A stretch of 62,652 bases of DNA, filler included, from Choristocarpus tenellus KU-1152 (taxonomy: Eukaryota > Protista > Phaeophyceae): assembly GCA_964200185.2 (NCBI GenBank). It is 7 parts of 7 records of this genome, joined end to end, with 100 filler letters (N's around TTAATTAATTAA, not from the genome) between each part and the next. Parts side by side here need not be neighbours in the genome. Positions count along the whole stretch, not along the records: positions 39,023 to 56,617 come from CAXNAD020000656.1; 6 more parts are not named here. The stretch is one strand, 5' to 3'. Shown here one piece after another: positions 40,218 through 52,377 of the stretch (positions within the stretch are counted from its first letter, which is position 1; the number at the start of each line of letters is the position of its first letter). Both the position numbers and the translations under genes were made by a program. The notes beneath the pieces are model-generated. The model was not told where the DNA came from. It searched no databases and saw only the letters and a list, made by a program, of their open reading frames with translations.

Positions 40218-40499
40218 GATCCAAAGCATTTCAGAGGGTAGAGCTGCGACCGCTTGAGGTCATAAATCCAATCTTGTGATTTTGATGTATTTTTGGCTAT
40301 CGTGTTTGTTAGCAAGTGTCAAAATCCTTGCTCCGGACACACCTTTCATAGTCGTGCACATTTGATCTACTCGAAAATATTTTGGGGTAGGGATCTGTTT
40401 TCACAGAAAGCCGAAAAAAGAGCGTAAAAAACCCATGGGAAGTCAAGTCCCCAATGGACAAACAGGGGTAAACTCCTACCCTCTGAAATGCTTTGGCTC
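40218..40499 (+). mobile_element. MITE, ~282-bp subfamily (AAAGCATTTC TIR)
   Basis: TIRs gatccaaagcatttcagagggtag / ctaccctctgaaatgctttggctc; the interior aligns with other copies. Confidence 0.9.
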
Positions 40500-42384
40500 C
40501 CTGTTTTCAAACAACACTTCCGAGAAGTAGGAGGGCACATTGAAAGGTGGAACCCATATTTAGACCTTTGTGTTTTCATACTCGATGAGATGCCTCATGA
40601 GTCGATGCTGGGCAGGTGAAGCCTTGTTGAATATCACAGGGATAAGCTCTCCCACCTCCACAGAGCCGCTCATGTCCTGATGCAAGCGAGAAATGCAATG
40701 CTCAGGGCAAGTAATAGTCAGCATATGATGATAAAGTGAACAGCAATACTCACAGTGCACGAGGACATAGTAGGTCTAGTTTTTATTTTGACATTTCAGG
40801 TGTACCTAGAGCACTTCTGTTTGGAGGTTTTTACATATGCACCTATGTTGGATCTTCTTAGGGGAAATTTGGTCCGAAGTATCCTCACCAATACATAATC
40901 TTCTATGTCAAAGTGTATTGATTCTTTGTGCTATACTGTCAACATCACTTTAGAATGATAGTTGAACTGGTGAATTATATCCTTGATTGTTTCTGAATGA
41001 CTTTCCTTCTTCGATGCCATTTAACAAATATCTCAACCCAGCACCATGAATCTGCACTGATCCTCACCTTGTCAAGATGAAGAAACATGCTCCGCATGTT
41101 TACAACAGACACATTGCTCTCGAAGCGGTCGAGAAATCTCCTCCACTCTTCTGAGTCCAGGCAGCCGCTCATGTCCTCGTCAACAAAGTTGAATGCGGCT
41201 TGATCACCAAATATGTGGAGGCCAGCAGTTGTAAATGCGTAAGGTGAAAATTAGGAGTAGAGCTCTCTCTTTACAGAGGCTGAATGAACTCTTCTTGCTG
41301 TGGTTGGGAAGAAAATCAAAGTTCAAGGACTGCAATTTAAGCGCTTGGTTCTTTATATCCAGTGTGCTCCTGTACATTTCTGAACTCAAGTTTACCAGTG
41401 ATAGAGAGACTCTTTCATAGCAATCTTTCCAGAATAGCTCAAACCCTCCCATGACTATTGAGCCAAACCAATTGAAAGGTAAGTAGGTTTGAACCCTTTT
41501 TCATTCTGTGCCATCTTTCTTACCCTGTGTACACCCCATTTCATTTCTTATGTGCACAATAGTGTATTGAAAATTGATATTACCCCCTTTTCCACACACA
41601 GCGTGACACCACAATTAAGCAAAGCCTATTTCTGGAGTTGTAAGAAATGACTTCTTTTTGCCATTTTGTCAGGATCCTTGAAATGTATCCCTGCCTACCT
41701 CTCAGTTGACATGACTCATTATATCTCACTGGACTCAGTAGTCTGTACAACTCTCTGAGTTGCGGATATCTTAATGGCACGGTTTTACCTAAGTCTAGCT
41801 TATTTCAAATATATGACTACCCTGGACTGGACCTGTTCAGTGAATTGGTACAAAGCTGATACAGAAGGGTCCCACTGAAATATCTGATGGTCCTAGACTG
41901 ATCCTGTTCAAAAAGGCCAATCTGGTTAGTGGAAGATATTCGGAGCCTTTGACCAAGCTGAGTCGGGCTGCAGTCTGACCCTTTCGAAATCTGACCATCC
42001 TGAACCCGTCCTCGTAAAAAAGAATGTGATGTCTGGTCTGCGGATTGACCAGCTTTGTCAGAAAAAATTGGACCAGGGTCAGCTTGAGGACTGCCCCTTT
42101 CACATATGCCAAGCCCGAAGAGCCTGCTATACGGACATCTGGCAATTGCTACTAAACAGGAACATAGACACATCTCAAGGTGCAAGCCTTACCTCTGAAA
42201 TCCATGACGGCCTGCAAGTCATAATGAGGGCCCAGTTGCCCTGGTATTGGACCCTTGTGCACTGACTTATTGCTGTGGGCGAGCCCCTTGCGCCTCCCCT
42301 GATAATCTCTTCAGGTGAAGGAGAGTTGTAGGTGGTTTTAGAGATGAGTACAATGATTTTTTACTTCGTTTCCAGTAATGTTGA

Positions 42385-42906
42385 GAGTGAAAGTATCTTA
42401 GAAGGTACAACTTTTGCCCTGTTTGTCCGTTCGGGGCTTGGCTTCCCACGGGTTTTTTATGACATTTTACCTACTCCAAAAGAGTCAAAGTATGTTAGAG
42501 GGTAGGGCGGCGTCCATTTGGGGGCCAAAATCCAGTGTTGCAATATTGATGAAAATTGGTTATCGTGTTTGTTAGGAAGTGTCAACATCCTTGTTCTGGA
42601 CGCAAAATTTCATAATGTATACATTTTACCTATTCCAAAACACTTTGGAGTAGGAAAATGTCATAATAAAAGACCCCATGGGAAGCCAAGCCCTCAATGG
42701 ACAAATAGGGCAAAACTCGTACCCTCTAAAATACTTTCACGCAAATGTTTCGGGTAGGTAAAATGTGTATGTTACAAAAAGGTGTGTCTAGAACAAGGAT
42801 ATTGGCATCTCCTAACAAACACGCTAGCCAAAATTACATCAAAATTGCAACATTGGATTTTGCCCCCCAAACGGACGCATCTCTACGCTCTAAGATACTT
42901 CGACTC
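42385..42906 (-). mobile_element. MITE (~260-bp subfamily) interrupted by a nested copy of the same family
   Basis: Outer halves 42385-42481 and 42743-42906 rejoin to give a copy like 48660-48919. Confidence 0.88.
42482..42742 (+). mobile_element. MITE, nested inner copy in the opposite orientation
   Basis: gagtcaaagtatgttagagggtag ... taccctctaaaatactttcacgc, with A-runs on both flanks. Confidence 0.9.
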
Positions 42907-44575
42907 TGAGTCATTTCAACAATTATAAGTTTGACTGCAAAAAAAGTAACTTTTCTCGATGTACTATATATTTTATTGGCACAATAGGTTGACTTTCAAA
43001 ATGGAACCTTCACCCCATGCAAATATGCATAGGCCGCATGAGGGCATACACAAAAAGATAAGGGCCTCTTTCCCCCAGTGCATCACAGTTTTAATGTCTT
43101 TGTTCAGGTGCAATGTTTGACAAAGAAATTAGTATGATTTTCGAGGAGATTGAATATCATTCATATGTACTGTATGTTAGTGCTCAGAGATGATGAGCAC
43201 AGTGTTTTGTTATAATGAGCATGCTGTGCCTGGCCCTACCTCCGTCGTGCCTGATCGTTGCCCTTAACCAGCAGGGCAATAATCTTTTGCTCTAGCTTTG
43301 CCAACTTGCGACTCCTTTTTTGAGCCTCTGCACTCGCCAGGTGGGCTGTCCCTTCACCTAACTAAGAAAGCAATAAAGTGAGGAAGTTGATCTAGAATCA
43401 GCACTGACATCTGTTTTGTAGTATTCTGGAATTAAATAATTCAATTGGCATGCATGCTTTTGCCTCTTGCCCACTTGGCAGTGATTTCAAAGACTATAGG
43501 GCACACAGGTTATTTTGATGGCATAATTTTGTGTAGTCTACCTGCTAGAAACCTGAATCATTTTATATTGCGAGGTCCATAATGTCCTAGAGGGTGGGGG
43601 GAAATAGACCAGGTCATCCATTTGAGGCTTGATGGGGTATAGCACCCCAGCCTGATGCTCGTTTTGTGGGTGATTATTCCTTATATTTGGTCCAGGCAAG
43701 GGGATGGAAAAGGAAGGTGCATTCAGATGAAGGAAATTGCACTTACATCTAACACGTTCACTACCAGAACTATGGCAAACCGCAATTTTGTTACCCATTA
43801 ACTCTGCCGGCCCACCCCTATCCCCCTTTCCCAAGATCTGTAAGGTTGTCTGTGTAATGACAGGGGTAAGCAGCTGAGCATGGCTAAAGTCCTGTTCTCT
43901 TTCTTTATCCCCCCGACCTCTGCTCTACCTGTGGTTGCTCTCTTTCTCCAGTGGCAAAGCAGTCCCACGTATTGGTCTCATTGCCTATGCTTGTGGTAGC
44001 AGTTTCACCATGGGATTCATCCTCCACTCTATGCATTAATCTGTTGACATGCTCAGCAGGGATAGCAGACACAGGACGGGAACACCAGTCCCATTCCCAT
44101 GCAAAGGGCACCTGCATCAACATTATAGCATTTTTTTTTATGAGATAGATTGTGAGATTGTGAGGTTCGGTACACTTTTAGCAACAAGGAAAAAGAGTGA
44201 AGGCCGTACAAGTCACATTGCAACAGCTGCCATCTACCCCTCAGTCATTTCCAATCACAATAATCATCTAAAGAGCTGATCTTGCTGAGTGAACCCCTCT
44301 GCAAAGGACATGTACTTGATTTATGCTTACCGTAGTTATACTCCCCTTGGAAGATAACCCTCTCCCGCTATCTCTGCTAATGCTGTCAAAAACTGAAGTT
44401 GGACCCTTTGATCTTCCTCCTTGGCCAACGGTATGAAGGGAACATTCGCCCTTTCTATTTCCACTTGCACTCCTGACTTTCCTGTGGTCTCCCTCATCCT
44501 TGAAGGGAACTGTACTGTCCTCCTCCCCAACCAAACTTGGCAGACTCAGTCCTGTCGAATCACTCATACAGAGGA

Positions 44576-44858
44576 GATCCAAAGCCTTTCAGATGGTAGG
44601 GCCGTGTCCGTTTGGGGTAATAAATCCAATTTTGCGGTTTTGATGCAATTTTGACTATCGTGTTTGTTAGCAAGTGTCAATATCCTTGCTCCGGACACGC
44701 TTTTCATAGTCGTACACATTTTACCTGCTCTAAAATGTTTTGGAGTAGGGAACTGTGTTCACAGAAAACCAAAAAAAAGGGCGTAAAAAACCCATGGGAA
44801 GTCAAGCCCGGAACAGACAAACAGGGGTAATCTCGTACCCTCGGAAATGCTTTGGATC
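44576..44858 (+). mobile_element. MITE, ~282-bp subfamily, 4-bp TSD AGGA
   Basis: agga|gatccaaagc...gctttggatc|agga. Confidence 0.92.
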
Positions 44859-47800
44859 AGGAGGGGGGCCGATTTGCCTCTGGTGTAACTTCGTCTTGAC
44901 TTGGTGGATACGGACTCTGACTGAATATCTCTGTCAGACACAATATATTTCAGAGGGGTGGATAAGGGGTGGCAGGATAGAATAGGGAAGGTAGCATGAG
45001 GTTGGAGGACTACCACAGGGGTATAAAGGACCATTTTTTCTTTGCCAGGTTCCATCGTTTGATACTCTCTGCCGTCTGTCCCCCTTCACAGTCAAGAAAT
45101 TGTGGCATTAGTTCCATATGGAAAATGGTCAGGCCATAGAGAAGGTCTGCACAACATGTTCTATTAGTTCTCCATTGAAGCTGCGTGGGATAACACAGTG
45201 ACAGATTGATTTTATGGGAAGGTCATTTGTATCATGTATTCTTCTTTCCTGTACTATTCTTATTCTTCATTATGGAGCAGCCCAAAATGCACAGAAAGGG
45301 TCTTGTGAAGGGCACAGAAAATATGGATTGTATTCCTTGCCTTGTCATCAGTGTTGCATTGCGGCCATTGACATCCAAAGTCCGTGGAGCTAGTAACTGC
45401 TCCACAGGACACATCAAACTCTAGGTAGCATGTCCCCTACCCATGTTATCATTCAGCAAAGTAAAATGAACTTTTGGTATTACTTTATCAGGATGCAAAA
45501 GAAAATGTCCTTTTGATCATTTTGGTACCTCCACATTGTCTGCCCAGCACTGTGACCTCGGGAAAACTCCTTGGCAGCATGCTTGTACATCTGCACCTGG
45601 CGTGATGGTGGTGAAGTCGTGGGAGCTGCTCCTGACTGAGACTCAGTCATGAGAGAGGTGTTGGAACTGGTGGTGGTAACAGTGGACTCGTGGCAGTTGC
45701 ATTTGTTGAGGTTTTCCCTTTCTCCATTTAGTCCAATATCATGAGACGTCTGTGTTGATAGACACATGTTCGCAACATTGAATAGCTTGAGATGGAGGTG
45801 AAATTCAATATGCAGTAGTCGCATGGTTTGTGTCATAGGAGCAGGGCTAGACTCTTGCACTCAATCCTGATCCTGGCTAGACTGAGGCCCAGGTTTAGTG
45901 AAATTATATAGACTTCCCTACACAGTAGTTCAGAGAGTCAATCATGTATCCTTCGAAGTATGTTGTTGTAGAAATAATTCAATGCTGATTCCTCCCCCTA
46001 TTCCCTCCTGAAGGTATTCTTCCATCCCTTATTCACCACCAAGAGCAATATAAAGAATGCACTACTCATGTTGGCAGTCTGGGATCTGCAATGAAATAAA
46101 TCTCCTTTCTGTGGGTGTGGTCCTTTGCTGGCATGATGTGGGTCATTGCCACCAATTCATTGACGGTAATTGAGAATCACAGTCAGATCGAGGGACCAGA
46201 TACAGGAAACAGTACCAGAAACAGTGATCAATACTGCTCTTTTTGGAACTACTTTCACAGTTTTCATGACCCTACTTGAGGGATTCATGACAGGGTTTGG
46301 ATAATCTGAAACTACAGACTGAGCAATAAATCCACCAGCACAGTTGTGAGAGCCAAGCTGAGAATTTCTAGGGTCATTCAGTCCTTTCATGACAATTCTG
46401 TTGATCGAAGCATTTCTTTTGCTACGCAATTTTTCTCAAAGTGGCCTATTGTCAAGCTTATATTCAGAAGGGATGAGGGAGAAAATTGGCATCCCACACA
46501 AATCAGTTTTTGAGGTTCTAGTGTAGAGAGAGTTCTCTTGCATTTAACATGTGCCAGTTTGGGTAGCCAACAGAACCAGAGCACAGAGAGTTGTGGGTTG
46601 CCTGTCTTCCTAGCCAAGGGTCAGTAGAGATTGCCTCACATCGTGATCGTTAACATTTCCATCCCTGATGCTGAACACAGAGATTTTTTGCCTTTGCACA
46701 AATCCAGCAAAGTAGATCAAACATTATCCCTCAAAATACTTTGCTGTATATGATAACCCTTGATATACTCTGAGTAAAGCAATGTGATAGTATTCAGGGT
46801 GCATATTAGTATGGCAACACAGTACATGAACAATGTTCTACCCTGTAGCTGCAGAATGCACTAAAAATGATTGATAAGAGTTATCTTTCTCTCCACTTCG
46901 AATTGAGTGGATCCCCTCAAGAGCAACACATTTCATATTGGTACACAAATCCTTCCTGCTCATGCTATTGATAATTCACACATACGCAGCTTTTCAAGGA
47001 ATAGTGAATATAACGATTGTGCAACGGACTGTAGTATAAACAATATGTGCAAGTGTTTTTCATTATTAGCAACGCGAGGCAGTAGCTCTCCTCACCTCTA
47101 ATACTCCCTGCTTCTGCTCCACAATGCGGTTGTAGGCAGCAACCCTGCTCTTATTCTTTGATATCACATCCAGTCGCACATATTCCTCCCTCCCATAGAA
47201 GCCCATCTCCACCCCTCGCCTCACAGACAAATTGCTGAATGCTGAAGTAAATGTCAATTGGGGTCGGAAGCATCCCCTATGTCGCCCAATTAAGCCCTTG
47301 CGAGGCCCATGCTGGCCCCCTATTGACCCTACAGATCCCGAGGTTGGGTTGTGCGAATCTATTAGCATGCTGGTACCAGGTGACTCTGATCGGTAGAGCT
47401 GGCGAAGGAGTGGTGAGACTTGAGAACTCTCGTTGTTGAGGTACCAATGACCTTCAGATGTCTCAGGTTGTTGTGCTGACTCTTCGACTATGATCTGTCT
47501 CTCCATGACCTCCATTTCTGCTTGTCCTGTAGCAGAAGTAGTATCTGCCCTCTTGATTTCTTTGATGTCACTCACCTTCACACGTTTTGCAGTATTATTC
47601 TTGCTGTTTACCTCATGCACCCCTGCAGTTTCAATCTGCACCTCAGGGTCATAGAATGTGCAGTCACCCTTTTTGGTTTTGTTGCAGCTGCTGCTGTTGA
47701 CTGCCCTGGCCATGCTGAGTTGGTAAGCATGAGAATCGTTCTTGCTCTCCAGGATTTTTGCCTCCTTCAAGAGTCTGTGAGTCAGCATTTCGTGGTGGCC

Positions 47801-48659
47801 CTGCACTTGTACACTATTCACAAAGAATCTCCATTGAGGATTCCGAAACAATCTTTTTTTCGCACACCGATATTTTTGGGGTAGAAGGAGAGCGGGGAAG
47901 GAAGATCAGTTGTGGAAAGGGAATTTTATTCCAGGAAAAATCTTGCACTGTGCCAGAGCAGAGGATAGGGTCATTCTCCCTTGCCAAAAGCACCAGGAGG
48001 TTATGACCACATGGTCTATTCTGTTGCTGGAGAAAAAATTAAGAAATGATACTACTATCTAGCATACATATATGCCCATATACTTTGTATATATCCTTTG
48101 TTTTTCTTTGTTCCCTGTTAAGGCTTAGCGTGAAACATACTTCACACCTTATTCTCCAGAGTAATTTTGTAGTCCACCATCTAGAATCTGGTGACAACTT
48201 CTGTCTTACCTAGTCCTGACCTGGTGCTCTGATGTGTTGGGAAGGGTGAATTGCCCTAACATTTCTCCTGATAGTGACCAGCTCCGCTGATACCCGTCCT
48301 GCAAGCATTGAAATGGGAGTGTAAGTAATGTGCGTGGTAGACAGGATAATGATGGTGTGAGTGCTCAATTAGTGTCAGAAATAGAGCTCTCGGATTTAAA
48401 ACATGACTTGGTGACACATTCTGCTTCGGAGTGGAAATAGATCAAAGGACAGAAGGTTCTGTTTCCACGACAACCTAATGCAGAAAGATTGTGGTTCGCA
48501 AATGCATAATTTTTTGGAGCTTGGCAAGGTTAAGACTATTTGGTTGATCATCCCTTTATCAGTAGTTCCTGAGGCGATACTTGCCAACAGCTATTCCCTG
48601 AGTACTTTCACTCTGCTGCTGCTCAATTTTCTGCTTCCTTACTCTATGACCATAGATCT

Positions 48660-48919
48660 GAGTGAAAGTATCTTAGGGGGTATGAGTTTTGCCCTGTTTG
48701 TCCCTTTGGTGCTTGGCTTCCCATAATTTTTTTAATTAATATTTTCCTACTCTGAAATGTTTCAAGGTAGGTAAAGTGTATACGTTATAAAAAGGTGTGT
48801 CTGGAACAAGGATATTGGCGCTTACTAACAAACATGATAGCCAAAATTACATCAAAATCACAACATTGGATTTTGACCCCCAAATGGACACCGCTCTACC
48901 CTCTAACATACTTTGGCTC
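48660..48919 (-). mobile_element. MITE, ~260-bp subfamily
   Basis: gagtgaaagtatcttaggggg ... ccctctaacatactttggctc; no clear TSD. Confidence 0.9.
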
Positions 48920-50696
48920 GTTTCCCTTACTGAGTATGAGGAAGAGGTGCCTCAACTGTCCTGCTGAGTAGTAGGCATGCTGAACATCGCCCATTCAAAG
49001 TAATTTACCCCCCTTAGACTCCTTTTCTAGAGATTCAGCACCAAGAAATGTAGATAAAATCTCACCTCGCCTTGGCTGTAGAAGCATGGAGGGGTAGTCA
49101 CTGATTTGATGGTGGACACTGGACCAATGTGGGCCTGCCACAATGAGGTATGTGGAAGATATTCTGGTGTAGTTGTGGACAAATATTCAAATGAAGTGTT
49201 CGCATCCTCTCCACCACCCTCACTGTGGTTGTTACACTCGGAAATTGAAGTTTTAGAGATGAAACCCTTCCCTCATCGTGCAGTTGAAAGTGATGAATAG
49301 TTGAGTGGGACAACATTTTGTAACAGTGTCAGGGACAGAGTTTTGCTGTAGCTGAGTTCAATGGCAAGGCAGCGATTGCAAGATGGCGAATTGTGACTAG
49401 AGAGTGGGATTTGGTTCAAGAAGAGGCGTTTGGAGTGTACCACCGATAGTCATTTAGGGATTTATTGTTCCTGCACTCAAGTGATAGAGAGATCCCATCA
49501 TGGGGAAAAACATGGCTTGAAGCAGAATTGGTGCATGACTCAATATTCTCACCCTTGGCTTGACTGTAGTTGTGAAGGGATTGAATGAAGCTAAAAGAGC
49601 GGGACAGTCTGCATCAGGTACTGCCCTGATCTTCAGTCGCTTCACGTGAGGTAGGGCATCAAGGATGTTCTTCACAGTCCAGCAGATTATTTGCCCATTG
49701 TCTGTTCCCAGAGCAATGGTTGCCTTTGGGAGGTTTTAGTGCAAAGTCAGTGAGATTTGTTTGTGCGTGTATGCCTCAAGATGCCTCTTTTGAAGTGTCC
49801 TCGTGGAAACAATTGAATCAAAACGGTAGATAGGTTGATGTTGTTGTTAGGGCCTTGACAGGGCTTGTCCTCGAGAAGTGGATTGTGATGCTGATTTAAA
49901 AAAAAATGTTTCGGCACTATTGAAATGTACGCCAAGCACAGTACAAAAAGAATGCTCTCTCTACACAAAGAGAAAATGAGCTGTCGTTAACCCGAGAAGT
50001 AGACGAACAATGCAACTACGTCATCATAGAGCAAGGTTGACAAACAAGTCATGAACAGATACGGTAAAACGATATAAAAGTGGTTGAGGGAACAATAACA
50101 GTACAGAGATGATTGATTACTTATTCTTCCTGAGATGGCCAATAGAGTTAGGTTGGAGAGAGTTGGGATCATGAAAATATGTATGTACAGGTGGAAGTGA
50201 ATACTGATGGTGGCGCATGACCTCACCTTCCCATCGCTGTACTCATTATCATCAAGGTAGTCTTGTTCACAACGTTTATCATCTCCTCCCTTGGTTTCAT
50301 GTCCTAGCCCCCCTTCTTGTACATCTCCACTCTCTGATCTCATGCTGCTTATATCATCATCCTCTTCATCCTCACTTCCTTTGGTGTGTTTGAAATAGGA
50401 ATCAAAGTCTGAGTCTTACTGTCTATAGGAGGAATAGAAATATCTGAGTAAGGGACTGAGTGATGTATACTCTATAGGATGGAAAGGGATCATAATATCT
50501 TGGAGGGGGAAAATGCATCCATTCATTTGGGGCCTGTATGACCCCAAAGTGATTTTCATGTCAATTGAGTGAACGTGTTAGATGCAAAATAGTGAAAATG
50601 AAGGTGATTTTCATGTCAATTTCTTTCCTTCATGTGAACGCACTTTCATTTTCCATCCCCCCACCTGGACCAAGTCTGAAAGAAAATCTCCTGCCA

Positions 50697-50955
50697 GAGT
50701 CAAAGTATCTTAGAGGGTAGAGCCGTGTCCATTTGGTGGCCAACATCCAATGTTACGATATTGATGTAATTTTGACTATCGTATTTGTTAGGAAGTATCA
50801 ATATCCTTGTTTTGGACACACCTTCACATAACGTATATAAATTACCTACTCAGAAGCATTTTGGAGTAGGAAAATATCTTAAAAAAACACGTGGGAAGCC
50901 AAGCCTCAAACAGACAAACAGGGCAAAACTCGTACCCTCTAAGATACTTTCACTT
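50697..50955 (+). mobile_element. MITE, ~260-bp subfamily, 4-bp TSD GCCA
   Basis: gcca|gagtcaaagtatcttagagggta ... taccctctaagatactttcactt|gcca. Confidence 0.93.
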
Positions 50956-52324
50956 GCCAAACGGACATCAGACTGAGGCATCTTACAACATCTTGTAAGC
51001 CACAAATGAAGAACCTTGCTTAAACAATTCCCCCTCTAGGGTACTATGGGCCAAGGAAAAATCGTTAATGAAAGGTTGCCTGAGGTCCTTTCAGAAGAAG
51101 GATTTTTCCATTGGAGAAATGGGTTTTATCGCTTGTTGTCCTACTGACCATTGGACAGCTTCCAGCTGTGCACGCCTATCGAGGTCAACGTATCAGTGAT
51201 GCCTTCCTTGGTCGCTGGCAATCTAATCTTGTGGACAAAGGCCACCTTGAGCATATCCATATCAAGATGCCAGATGCCCACCTTCATTTGTCACCAGTGC
51301 AACCATGGACAGAGGGGGTAGAGGATCATAAGCTGCAATGTAGACCACTGTTGGGAACCCATCATATAGGGATAGTCCAATTCCTTTCTCAAACCTCGTT
51401 TCAACAAGCAATGCCAGAAGGATGATCTTTGTGTGGATTTCTTCAACATTCTTCCAACATGTTCTCATACGCATTCCCTCTAGGCTAGTGGATTCATCTT
51501 TGTGTTTGCTCTCACAGTTTGAGAGTATGACCACAATTCTGCAGGGTCAAATGTTAAACATGCCATTGGCAAGTAGCAACTATTCCCTTAAATATACCCT
51601 TGTGCTTTGATAGGATGCAGGTGATGTAGCTGGGACTGTAACTGGGGCTGTAACTGGGGCTGTTAGCCACTCACACTGGTCAAGTCTCCTAGAAAGATCA
51701 ATGAGTATTGGTCAAGGAAGTCCAGACCAGTGGCTGGCTCACTCGGTTTTTGTTTCACATCTGCGATCAAATCCAGGTACTGGAAGCCCCACACATGTAG
51801 CTCTGCTGTTGTTGGTGCTGTGATGATCTTGCTTAGGCGATGTGAGTACACCATGTATGTCACTGTGTTCGGTCCAAGCGATCCGGTCAACTTTCGGAGC
51901 TATCTCCAACGTATGCCAGGCGAATCCATACGTTGAGGTTGGTTGGAATTATCGAGCACAAAGATGAGCACAAGCCATGTTGCGATTTCCACTTTAATGT
52001 GTTTGTTCAAATACAGTTATCCTTTTCACCCATGCCCATTTTTGTGAAATGGATAGGATGGAAAAAGAAAACCCATTGCATAGGCACGCACTCTATAGAG
52101 ACTGAACGATTTTTGTTTACTAAGGGGCCTGTCTCTGATGAAGCTCCAAGTCAAGTTGAAAATGAACTTGAATATGATGTCGAAAATGGTCGCAATGTCC
52201 AACTTACCTCTGGTGACCGCCCAACCAAAAGGAATAAAAAAAGGAAGAATTTTCAGGTGTGGTAGCAATGCCAACTGCGATATCTTTGAAATTAGAATGG
52301 TGGAAAGTGCCTAACAGAACTTGA

Positions 52325-52377
52325 CATAATGATAATGTGGATAATGTAGATAATGTAGATAATGTCGATAATGTGGA
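52325..52377. repeat. 9-bp tandem repeat (gataatgtN), about 5 copies
   Basis: Directly visible; gives STLSTL on the minus strand. Confidence 0.85.
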
